A stretch of DNA of 55,250 nt from an uncultured bacterium (GTDB lineage: Bacteria > JADJOY01), in contig CAYUSL010000001.1 of NCBI GenBank assembly GCA_964447125.1, forward strand, positions 1 through 55,250, given 5' to 3'. The position numbers and the translations under genes were made by a program. The number at the start of each line of letters is the position of its first letter. Positions within the stretch are counted from its first letter, which is position 1. Shown piece by piece: positions 16,830 to 24,418 of the stretch. The notes below the pieces were generated by a model. It had not been told where the DNA came from. It did not search any database and saw only the letters and a program-made list of their open reading frames with translations.

Positions 16830-17647
16830 TCTTTGGCGCCGTGCTCTTCGAGAGCTCTGGGTTTCATGCCGGTGAAGTCGTACAGAAAGAGGAGGGCTTC
16901 CCACATCTCGTCGTTGCTCAGGAACTTCTCCCAGGGCGGCATCGCCGAGTCCCCAGGCCCGCCCTCGTCGGGCATGCCCGGACCACCCTTCGAGACGCGC
17001 CAGAAGAAAAAGGACGACTGAAAGTTGGGTAGCACGTTGGGGTCGGTGAAGTTGGTCGGGAGTGGGTTGAAGCCGTGTGCGAAGACTCCATCACCGCCCA
17101 GACCGTCCCCGTGACAATAGAAGCAGTTTTGATAGTACACGGTTCGGCCGCTGGTTAGGTGGCGCTGATACGCCTCGGGCTCCGTGTCCTTGAGGTGGCG
17201 AAAGGGGTTTTCGGTCTTGATCAGATCGACCGCAGCGTCGTGAACGGTGATGCTGGTCGGTGGCGAGGGGTGGATCGTCCGGGCGAAGAACGGTGCCTCG
17301 ACCGGCGCCGTCCGGCTTCGATACACGTCGTAGGCGACGAACGCGGGAATCGCCAGCGTCACCAGCGCCAACGCGGGTGTGTAGCGGGGCTCGGTGAGGA
17401 GCTTGCCGATCGGGCCGACCACCGCTTCGGTCCGATCGCGGGAGCTGAACGCGTAGATGAAGAGCGCGAGCGTGGTGATCGACAGGTAGATTTGGACGGC
17501 CGAGGCGGGAACCGGTGTGCTGAACGCCCAATTCACGAACACGAACACCGAGAGCCAGCAGGCCCCCAGCCAAACGAGAAGCGCGGGTTTTGCAAACCGC
17601 AGAGCGAGCAGCACCGCGACGATGCCGGCGATGACGATGAAATTCAC
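16826..17647 (-). CDS. Polytopic membrane domain fused to a class-I monoheme cytochrome c
   Basis: 273 aa, GTG start. It has 3-4 N-terminal helices, then NCFYCHGDGLGGDG (CxxCH), and SAMPPWEKFLSNDEMWEALLFLYDF (the Met ligand region). Confidence 0.75.
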   Translation of the reverse strand: MNFIVIAGIVAVLLALRFAKPALLVWLGACWLSVFVFVNWAFSTPVPASAVQIYLSITTLALFIYAFSSRDRTEAVVGPIGKLLTEPRYTPALALVTLAIPAFVAYDVYRSRTAPVEAPFFARTIHPSPPTSITVHDAAVDLIKTENPFRHLKDTEPEAYQRHLTSGRTVYYQNCFYCHGDGLGGDGVFAHGFNPLPTNFTDPNVLPNFQSSFFFWRVSKGGPGMPDEGGPGDSAMPPWEKFLSNDEMWEALLFLYDFTGMKPRALEEHGAKE

Positions 17648-17689
17648 GGGGCGTGCTCTCGGTCCTTCGTCGTTGCGACTCGCAGCTGG

Positions 17690-18181
17690 TCAGTCCGCCT
17701 TCGATCGGTGCTTGTGCGTGGTCTTGAGCGTCACGTTGGGCGTGCCGCCCTGGCTCTGAAGCCAGGCCATGACGGCGAGGATTTCTTCGTCCGTGAGGCC
17801 GATTGGCGGCTTGTTGATGGTCGGCATGCCTTTGTTGAAGCCGGGCACGATGTAGGCATCCGGCTCGTAGAGCGATTCGGAGAAGTAGTCGATGTCGCTG
17901 TAGCCCGGCTTGCGCGTCTTGGCGCGTTCGCCGACACCTTGCAGATCGGGATAGCGGAGCGCACCCGTCTTGCCGATGGTGTGACAGGTCAGGCACATGC
18001 CTTTGTCGTGGGCGATCTCGTCGCCGATCTTCACGAGATCGGCGGTGGTCATGTCCTTGGTGATCTTCACGTCCGCTGGTGGCTGAAGTTCCTTCTGCGG
18101 CACGAGCTGCCCGACGTACGTGTAGAAACCCGTCGTTGCCACCACCAAGACCAGCACGTTGACCACCGGCGGCACCTTCAC
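17690..18181 (-). CDS. Membrane-anchored monoheme cytochrome c
   Basis: 163 aa. The GTG start overlaps the cydA-like stop as GTGA. It has one N-terminal helix, CLTCH, and a downstream GMP (Met ligand candidate) ... EEILAVMAWL. Confidence 0.75.
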   Translation of the reverse strand: MKVPPVVNVLVLVVATTGFYTYVGQLVPQKELQPPADVKITKDMTTADLVKIGDEIAHDKGMCLTCHTIGKTGALRYPDLQGVGERAKTRKPGYSDIDYFSESLYEPDAYIVPGFNKGMPTINKPPIGLTDEEILAVMAWLQSQGGTPNVTLKTTHKHRSKAD

Positions 18182-20037
18182 GCGGCACCTCCGTGGGGGC
18201 CGTGCCCGGTGCCGCCCTCACGGTTTCCCCAATCGGGGGCGTGCGAGAGGCTCGCGAGCCAGAACACCATGCCGATCAGCGCAAAGAAGATCAGCACGGT
18301 GACCGATACGACCTTGGTCGCGAAACCGAGTGTCGGGGTGAAGGCGTCGACCGAGGTGTCGCGGATGACACCATAGACGTGCCAGTGCTGGCGCAGACCG
18401 GAGCGCACGTAGCCCATGAGCCCCATGAGCCACGTGAACGTGACCGCGATGAAGATCAGGATGTATTGAGAGAGCGGGGGCATGCGCCCCCAGCGCGTCT
18501 CACCCGTCGACTGCGCACCGCGATAGAGCGGCACGTCGATGACGGTGATGCTCACCATTGCCGCCAACACCGCGAGCACCTGGTACGCCGAGTAGCCGAT
18601 TCGCACCTTCGCTTCGACGAAATAGCCGTGAATGCCGAAGAAGATCACCCACGCGGCAGCGGCGAAGAAGAGCGCGAATTGGATGAGGTTTGCCGTGGTC
18701 GCCCACGGTTGCACCGAGCGCTTTCCGCTGCGCCTGTAGAGCAGGAAGCTCATGAACGTCGTCAGGATGAGGATGTTCACCGCAGTGTTCTTCGCCGACA
18801 TCACGCCGAGGAAGCCGAGCATCGGATGCGTCGATCCGCGCATCGCCTTCACTTCCGACGCCGTGGAGATGATCGAGCGGGGCGTGGCCCACACCGCGAA
18901 GCACAGCGCGATCGTGATGAGCAGGTACTTGATGAATTTCTGGAACGGCTGCGCGCCCTCGATTCGTCCCATGCCCAGCCACAGATAGGCGTTGGCTGCG
19001 AGGAACAAGTTGCCGATGAGCACCGCCTGGATGATGAAGAGCCATGAGAACGCTCCGCCCATCATCATGATGCCGAGTGCCTGGTTGAAGCCGTAGATCT
19101 CGCGCGCCAGGTAGTAACCGGCGAAGGGCAGAGGCAGGAACGCCAGGATGGCCACGAAGTTGCCGATGTAGCCCATCCAGTCGTAATGGGCGCGCTCTTC
19201 GTCGGTCTTGGCTCCCAGGTATTGGAACGCCGCATACGCCGCCGCGACCGAACCGCCGAACGCGACGTTGGCGATGAGGCGGTGAACGTTGATGGGCATC
19301 CAGGTGAAGTTCATCGCGGCTTCCATCACGTTCAACACCGCGCCGGAGTCGGAAACGCCGGCGGGCGACATCATGAACGAGACCCACGAGTTCGCGATGA
19401 ACATGATCGCGGTGCCCACCAGGTTGAGGCCCACGCCGAGGCCGATGTGCACCAGCGGATGAAACTTTCCCCAGCCGTAGTAGTAGCTGTAGAGGAAGAA
19501 CGCTTCCGCGAAGAAGAGCCCGACGTAAGGCGCGAAGGTCGGGCTGAAGACGCTCATCAAGTAAGTCGTGAACTTCGGATAGAGCGCGATCAGCAGGAAC
19601 GTCAGCATCGCGCCGAAGGTGGCGGTGATCGAGAACGACACCGACAAGAGCTTCGTGAACTCGTACGCGAGCCGGTCGTAACGTGTGTCCTTGGTGGCGT
19701 AGCCGATGATCTCGATGATGATCGCGAACATCGGCACCGCGAGCACGAACGCGGCGAAGAGCAGGTGAAGCTGCGCTGCCACCCACACGGCGACTCGGCT
19801 GCCGACCACCGGGAACTTGCGGTACTCGACTTCCTTGTAAGGCGTGGCCTTGGCGTCGGCCGCTTGCTTCTGGGCGAGGTCGTGCTCGGCTTGCTGGCGC
19901 GGCGTCGTCGCCTCGCTGAGGCCGCGCGTCGGTGGGTGGTAGGCGCGGTGCTCGAGCTGCATCCAGACGCCCACGAGCGAGCCGAGCCCGAGCACCACGG
20001 CGATCACCGCCATCGGCACGAGCACGCGAGGCTTCAC
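18178..20037 (-). CDS. Cytochrome bd superfamily subunit-I-like (CydA-like) protein, about 14 helices, no Q-loop-sized insert
   Basis: The start is trimmed to the GTG at 20037, which has GGAGAG 3 nt upstream and overlaps the actE1 stop as GTGA; the ATG at 20013 is an alternative. The segment VWVAAQLHLLFAAFVLAVPMFAIIIEIIGY...LLSVSFSITATFGAMLTF...YVGLFFAEAFFLYSYYYGWGKF...NVHRLIANVAFGGSVAAAYAAFQYL is colinear with CydA helices 1-5. It includes the helix-1 His and helix-5 His positions and a Glu aligned with E. coli E107. No hydrophilic stretch longer than about 30 aa occurs after helix 1. Confidence 0.75.
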   Translation of the reverse strand: MKPRVLVPMAVIAVVLGLGSLVGVWMQLEHRAYHPPTRGLSEATTPRQQAEHDLAQKQAADAKATPYKEVEYRKFPVVGSRVAVWVAAQLHLLFAAFVLAVPMFAIIIEIIGYATKDTRYDRLAYEFTKLLSVSFSITATFGAMLTFLLIALYPKFTTYLMSVFSPTFAPYVGLFFAEAFFLYSYYYGWGKFHPLVHIGLGVGLNLVGTAIMFIANSWVSFMMSPAGVSDSGAVLNVMEAAMNFTWMPINVHRLIANVAFGGSVAAAYAAFQYLGAKTDEERAHYDWMGYIGNFVAILAFLPLPFAGYYLAREIYGFNQALGIMMMGGAFSWLFIIQAVLIGNLFLAANAYLWLGMGRIEGAQPFQKFIKYLLITIALCFAVWATPRSIISTASEVKAMRGSTHPMLGFLGVMSAKNTAVNILILTTFMSFLLYRRSGKRSVQPWATTANLIQFALFFAAAAWVIFFGIHGYFVEAKVRIGYSAYQVLAVLAAMVSITVIDVPLYRGAQSTGETRWGRMPPLSQYILIFIAVTFTWLMGLMGYVRSGLRQHWHVYGVIRDTSVDAFTPTLGFATKVVSVTVLIFFALIGMVFWLASLSHAPDWGNREGGTGHGPHGGAA

Positions 20038-20633
20038 GGGCTCTCCTGGCGCTCGAGCTCGCGCACGAAGGCAACGATCGCCCAGCGGTCTTGGGTCGGC
20101 ACGGGCCAGCGGTAGGACGGCATCAGCCCCGAACCGTTCGTGATCACGTCGAAGAGCTGACCGTCCGGCATGTTCACGATCTTGTCGGAGTGCATGCTGG
20201 GCGTCGGCACGTTTCCGCGCTCGTAGAGAATGCCTTTGCCCGTGCCGCGGCTGTCGTGGCACGGCGCGCAGTAGATCGCGAAGCGATCGCGCCCGCGTGC
20301 AACGACCGTGGCGTCGTTGCCGATCGGGTTGGTCGCGACGAAGGCACCGCCGACGTCCTTACCCGTGTGGATCGTGGGATTCACGTGCAGCTCGCCACGG
20401 GCGATTGTCCCAGGCACGGGTGGGCGCATCGTTCCGCCGTCGTAAAAGAAGGCACTCTCGGACTGGGGGTCGTAGCGCGGCTGATAATCCATGCTGGGAT
20501 TCAGGTGGATCGGCTCCCGGCTCGAGGTGCAGCCGCGCGCGCAGCCGCTCGAGGCCAGCGCCAGCGACGCGACGCCGAGGCAGGTGGCGATCCACGCGCA
20601 CCGGCGTCGCAAGGTGAGTTGCTCTCGGCGCAT
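20034..20633 (-). CDS. actE: ACIII subunit ActE (lipoprotein monoheme cytochrome c), copy 1
   Basis: The start is trimmed to the ATG at 20633, 4 nt after the actB1 stop. It has the lipobox LASSGC and CAPCH. It aligns with the actE at 32961 (RF.IYC.PCHD..G.GKG... FDVI..G.G.MP.Y...P..DRWAI.A). Confidence 0.8.
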   Translation of the reverse strand: MRREQLTLRRRCAWIATCLGVASLALASSGCARGCTSSREPIHLNPSMDYQPRYDPQSESAFFYDGGTMRPPVPGTIARGELHVNPTIHTGKDVGGAFVATNPIGNDATVVARGRDRFAIYCAPCHDSRGTGKGILYERGNVPTPSMHSDKIVNMPDGQLFDVITNGSGLMPSYRWPVPTQDRWAIVAFVRELERQESP

Positions 20634-20637
20634 GCGC

Positions 20638-23600
20638 TCAGGCCTTGTCGAGATCCGGATTGGGATTCCGGATGCGCGCGAGGTACGAGGTGCGCGGCTT
20701 GGTGTTGAGCTCGGCGAGCAGGTCGTAGTTGCGCGGGCTGGTCTTCGCGACGGCGACGCGGCTCTTCGGGTCGCGGATGTCGCCGAACTCGATCGCGCGC
20801 GCAGGGCAAGCCTGCTGGCAGGCCGTGCGGACGTCACCGTCGGCGAGCGCCCGGTTCTCGAGCTTCGCCTGTTGCCGGCCGGCGCTGATTCGCTGCAGAC
20901 AGTACGTGCATTTTTCCATCACGCCGCGTGCCCGAACCGTGACGTTCGGATTCATCGCCATCTTCAGCGTTTCGGGCGTGTCTTTGGTGAAGTTGTAATA
21001 GTTGAAGCGCCGCACCTTGTACGGACAGTTGTTCGAGCAATAACGCGTACCGATGCAGCGGTTGTAGACCATGGCGTTGAGGCCGTGATCGTCGTGCACG
21101 GTCGCAGCCACCGGACACACCTGCTCGCAAGGCGCGTTCTCGCATTGCATGCAGGGAATGGGCTGGACGACCATCGCTTCCGGGTCGTCGGGATCGCCGC
21201 GGAAGTAGCGGTCGACGCGGATCCAATGCAGCTCGCGACCTCGGCGCACTTGGTCGCGGCCGACTGCAGGGATGTTGTTCTCCGCCTGGCACGCCGTGAC
21301 GCAGGCGTTGCAGCCGGTACAGACGTTCAAGTCGATGGTCATGCCCCATTGGGGGCCGTCCGCGTACGCGCGCTCCTGCCACAACGATTCCAGCGGCGGG
21401 TGCTCGACCATCTCCTTGGCGAACTCGGGCTCGTGCTGGAACTCCGCGAGGGTCGCCTCGCGAATCAACGTGGGGACACGTCGATCGCGTTCCTTCGCAC
21501 CGAGCTCGTCGATGATCCAATGATCCTGGGTGATGGCCAGCTCTGCGGTGCGGCTCAGTCGCTCGATTCGCGCTGAAGCCGCTCCCGCCAGGGTCTTCGT
21601 GGTTCGCAGGCGATACGCATCGGCCCCGACCATCGATCCGACCCGCCCGGCGGCCTCGCGGCCGTAACCGAGCGCGATCGTGACGGTGTGCTCGGCCTGA
21701 CCCGGGCTGATCACCACGGGGATCTCGATCTTCGCGTCGCCGACGGCGATGACCACCAGGTCTTCGTCGGTCACGCCCAATGCGCGTGCCGTTGCATAGC
21801 TCAGGAGTGCGGCGTTGCCCCAAGTGAGCTTGGTGGTCAGGTCGGGTAGCTCTTGCAGCCAAGAGATGTTGGCGAATCGGCCGTCGTAGACGGTGAACGA
21901 CGGCACGAACGTCAGCTCGATCGCTTCTGCCGTGGGCGGAGGAAGCGAGTCCGTGAGCGTTGCCGGCGCGGCGGCTCCTGCAGGAAGCGACTCGAGCTCG
22001 TTGGCAGTCGCGCTCGCTTCGAGCAGGCCGTCGTGCAGCACCCGTTCCCAGCGCGAATCGAGCTCGGAGTCGCCGAGGATGCCGCGCCAGGTTTCGCGCA
22101 CGAGGTCGTAGCCACTCGTGAGCTCCGCCTTTGCTGGGTCGGCGGCGAACGCGCCGAGCAGCTCGGCGACGGAACGGGCGCCGTGCAGCGGCAGCACGAG
22201 CGGCTGCACCACGCTGAGCGTGCCGTCGGCTGCGGCCGCGTCACCCCAGCTCTCCAGGAAATGAGCGAGCGGCAGGTGCCAGTGGGCGAGGGCTGACGTC
22301 TCGTCGACTTTCGCGCCAGCACGAATACACGTGGTCACTTTGGCGACGGCCTTCGTGAAGTCGAGGTCGCTCGGGGCGTCGTACGCGGGATTCCCGCCGA
22401 GGATCACGAGCGTGGAGACCTCACCCGACTGGATCGCCGAGACCAGCGCCGTCAGCTCGCCGAGCACCGAACGCGCGGCATGCCGGGGTGCCCTGTGGGT
22501 GAGCGTGGTTCCGAGATTGCCGAGGGCGGCGTTGATCGCGAGCACCCACGCATGGACGGCCGGTGGTAGATGGGCGCCAGCCACGACCACGCTGCGTCCG
22601 CGATTCGCCAGCAGATCTTTCGCCGCAGCAGCGATCCAACGTGCATCGACGTCTTCGCCTGAAACAGCCGGTGCCCCGAGACCAAGCTCGCGCGCCAGCA
22701 GTGCGACGACCGCAGGCATGCGACCGCGGCGCAATCGCAAGCGATGATCGGCGAGGCCGCCGGTGGCTGTGAAAGAGCTTTCGACGACGTAGAGCCGGTT
22801 GAGGTCCGGGGCGCTCGAGGTCTCGTGGTCCGTGGCGGGCAACACAGCGCGCCGGGCCGCGAAACCACCGGTGTTGCGCACCGTTTCGAGATCGGTGCCG
22901 AACGGATCGGCGTCGATGGCCACCACCACTCGGGCGCGTTGGTAATCGACGAGCGCTTCGAGCGCGCGCCCCGTGACGGCGGCGACTGCGCTCCGCTGGT
23001 GCTCGTCGCTGAGCGGCTCGTAGGTCGCCCAGCGCGCTCGCGGATAGACCTCGAGGAAGCGCGTCCGCAGGCGCGCGAGCGTCGGCGACGTGAATGGCTC
23101 GCCCAGCACTGCGAGGCCCGCGCCCTCGCTGGCACGCAGCGATGCCGCTTGGCTGCGCCAGAACCCGTCGAAATCCGTCCAGCTCGAGGGCGCACCGCTC
23201 TTGCGCACCGGACCGGCGCGATCGGGATCGTAGAGATCGTAGATTGCGGCCTGCATCCACGCGCTCGAAGCGCCGCGGGTCGCTGGATGCAGCTCGTTCC
23301 CTTCGATCTTGGTGGGCCGCCCCTCGTGGCTCTCGACGACCAGCCCGTAGGCACTCCTGCCGAACGGCATGGTGGTGGCGTAGCGGCGTGGCACGCCGGG
23401 CAGGATCTCTTCCGGCGGCTTGACGTACGGAACGATCTTTTCGAGTGGGCGGCGACACGCGGTCAGCCCCGCGATCGAGAGCGTCGCTCCCGTGAGCCCG
23501 AGCATGTGCCGTCGCGAGACGACGTCGGGCGGTGAATCAGCTCCCGCTGGAAACTCGGGCGAAGCCGCGCTCTCTGCGCCGCGTGAGGATTCGAGTGCCG

Positions 23601-23652
23601 CGACGCTGCGCCAGTAGGCGGCGCTTCGCGCGGGGCCTGGTGAGCTCGTCAT
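20638..23652 (-). CDS. actB: ACIII subunit ActB (molybdopterin-oxidoreductase-like domain plus Fe-S ferredoxin domain), copy 1
   Basis: About 1004 aa. The ATG at 23652 overlaps the actA1 stop as ATGA, the same arrangement as in copy 2. It has the Tat-like SRRHMLGLTGATLSIAGLTAC. Fe-S motifs are CTGCNACVTACQAEN, CMQCENAPCEQVCP, CIGTRYCSNNCPYKVRRFN, CTYCLQRI and ACQQACP. It is colinear with the ActB at 27970. Confidence 0.9.
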   Translation of the reverse strand: MTSSPGPARSAAYWRSVAALESSRGAESAASPEFPAGADSPPDVVSRRHMLGLTGATLSIAGLTACRRPLEKIVPYVKPPEEILPGVPRRYATTMPFGRSAYGLVVESHEGRPTKIEGNELHPATRGASSAWMQAAIYDLYDPDRAGPVRKSGAPSSWTDFDGFWRSQAASLRASEGAGLAVLGEPFTSPTLARLRTRFLEVYPRARWATYEPLSDEHQRSAVAAVTGRALEALVDYQRARVVVAIDADPFGTDLETVRNTGGFAARRAVLPATDHETSSAPDLNRLYVVESSFTATGGLADHRLRLRRGRMPAVVALLARELGLGAPAVSGEDVDARWIAAAAKDLLANRGRSVVVAGAHLPPAVHAWVLAINAALGNLGTTLTHRAPRHAARSVLGELTALVSAIQSGEVSTLVILGGNPAYDAPSDLDFTKAVAKVTTCIRAGAKVDETSALAHWHLPLAHFLESWGDAAAADGTLSVVQPLVLPLHGARSVAELLGAFAADPAKAELTSGYDLVRETWRGILGDSELDSRWERVLHDGLLEASATANELESLPAGAAAPATLTDSLPPPTAEAIELTFVPSFTVYDGRFANISWLQELPDLTTKLTWGNAALLSYATARALGVTDEDLVVIAVGDAKIEIPVVISPGQAEHTVTIALGYGREAAGRVGSMVGADAYRLRTTKTLAGAASARIERLSRTAELAITQDHWIIDELGAKERDRRVPTLIREATLAEFQHEPEFAKEMVEHPPLESLWQERAYADGPQWGMTIDLNVCTGCNACVTACQAENNIPAVGRDQVRRGRELHWIRVDRYFRGDPDDPEAMVVQPIPCMQCENAPCEQVCPVAATVHDDHGLNAMVYNRCIGTRYCSNNCPYKVRRFNYYNFTKDTPETLKMAMNPNVTVRARGVMEKCTYCLQRISAGRQQAKLENRALADGDVRTACQQACPARAIEFGDIRDPKSRVAVAKTSPRNYDLLAELNTKPRTSYLARIRNPNPDLDKA

Positions 23653-24311
23653 CGATGGCACCCCGAGCAGTCGACGGGAGGCTCTAGGTGCTTCTCGGCG
23701 ATGATCCGTTCGCCGGCGCTGCGCTGATCAGGCGGCGCCTGCCAGCGCATGTTCGTCACCTGCTCGGTAGGACGCAGGTGTGGCGCTGGATCGCGATGGC
23801 AGTCGAGGCACCAACTCATGCTGAGAGGCTCGGCTTGCGTGACGACCTCCATCTGATCGACGCGACCGTGGCATTCGACGCAGCCGACACCTGCGCGCAC
23901 GTGCATTGCGTGATGGAAGAACGCGAAGTCCGGCAGGTTGTGCACGCGCACCCACTGCATGGGCTGGCCGGATGCGTAGCTGGCACGGATGGGCGCCAGA
24001 AGCGCGCTATCGCGTTTCACCACCGCGTGGCAGTTCATGCAGACCTGCGTGGGTGGAACGTTCGCAACCGCCGATCGCTCGACCGACGCGTGACAGTACT
24101 TGCAGTCGATGCCGAGATCGCCGGCGTGCAAGCGATGACTGTACGGGACCGGCTGTCGGGGGGCGAAGCCGACGTCCGTGTAACGCGGCGAGAAGTAGTA
24201 CCAGACGACGCCGATGATCAGGGTCGTGGCGACGAGACCACCGGCCGCCAATGCCAGCGCGGCTCGATTGCTCGATTCCGGAAACACCTGCGCCAAGCGC
24301 TCGACCCCCAA
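23649..24311 (-). CDS. actA: ACIII subunit ActA (membrane-anchored pentaheme cytochrome c), copy 1
   Basis: Five CxxCH motifs (CKYCH, CMNCH, CVECH, CLDCH, CSGCH) and one N-terminal helix. The ORF-track start at 24311 is TTG. A TTG at 24296 would give MAQVF..., parallel to the MAQIF... of copy 2, so the start is uncertain. Confidence 0.85.
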   Translation of the reverse strand: MGVERLAQVFPESSNRAALALAAGGLVATTLIIGVVWYYFSPRYTDVGFAPRQPVPYSHRLHAGDLGIDCKYCHASVERSAVANVPPTQVCMNCHAVVKRDSALLAPIRASYASGQPMQWVRVHNLPDFAFFHHAMHVRAGVGCVECHGRVDQMEVVTQAEPLSMSWCLDCHRDPAPHLRPTEQVTNMRWQAPPDQRSAGERIIAEKHLEPPVDCSGCHR

Positions 24312-24402
24312 TCCAGACGATGTTCGAACGAATCGCGACCGTGCGTTGCCGGCCCTCCCGGGCCCTACTAGACTCGCGAGGTGATTCGAGGTGCGTGTTG
24401 TC

Positions 24403-24418
24403 TGTGATGAAGATCACT
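24403..24418. promoter_or_regulatory. Candidate CRP/FNR-family binding site upstream of actA1, in the divergent intergenic region
   Basis: TGTGA-tgaaga-TCACt matches TGTGA-N6-TCACA at 9 of 10 positions. Its core, GTGAT-gaag-ATCAC, is a perfect 5-4-5 palindrome that also fits the FNR core TGAT-N4-ATCA. It lies about 90-110 nt upstream of the actA1 start candidates. Confidence 0.4.

Noticed and set aside
20634-20837. The upstream 68-aa extension of the ActE1 ORF. Analogous extensions occur at 20038-20262 (cydA-like), 15118-15537 (USP protein) and 16830-16904 (diheme cytochrome).
   Set aside because: Each extension overlaps the 3' end of the preceding, well-supported gene and is Arg/Ser-rich. 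The internal starts give proper signal peptides or lipoboxes and form 4-nt overlaps or have an RBS.
20638-23652. Treating ActB1 and ActB2 as catalytic molybdoenzymes (for example polysulfide or tetrathionate reductase-like) and the loci as anaerobic reductase operons.
   Set aside because: The context is pentaheme ActA, ActC/D/E/F paralogues and adjacent heme-copper oxidases, which is that of alternative complex III. The B subunit of that complex is known to retain the fold without the molybdenum cofactor. I cannot verify cofactor-ligand residues by eye, so no claim is made either way.
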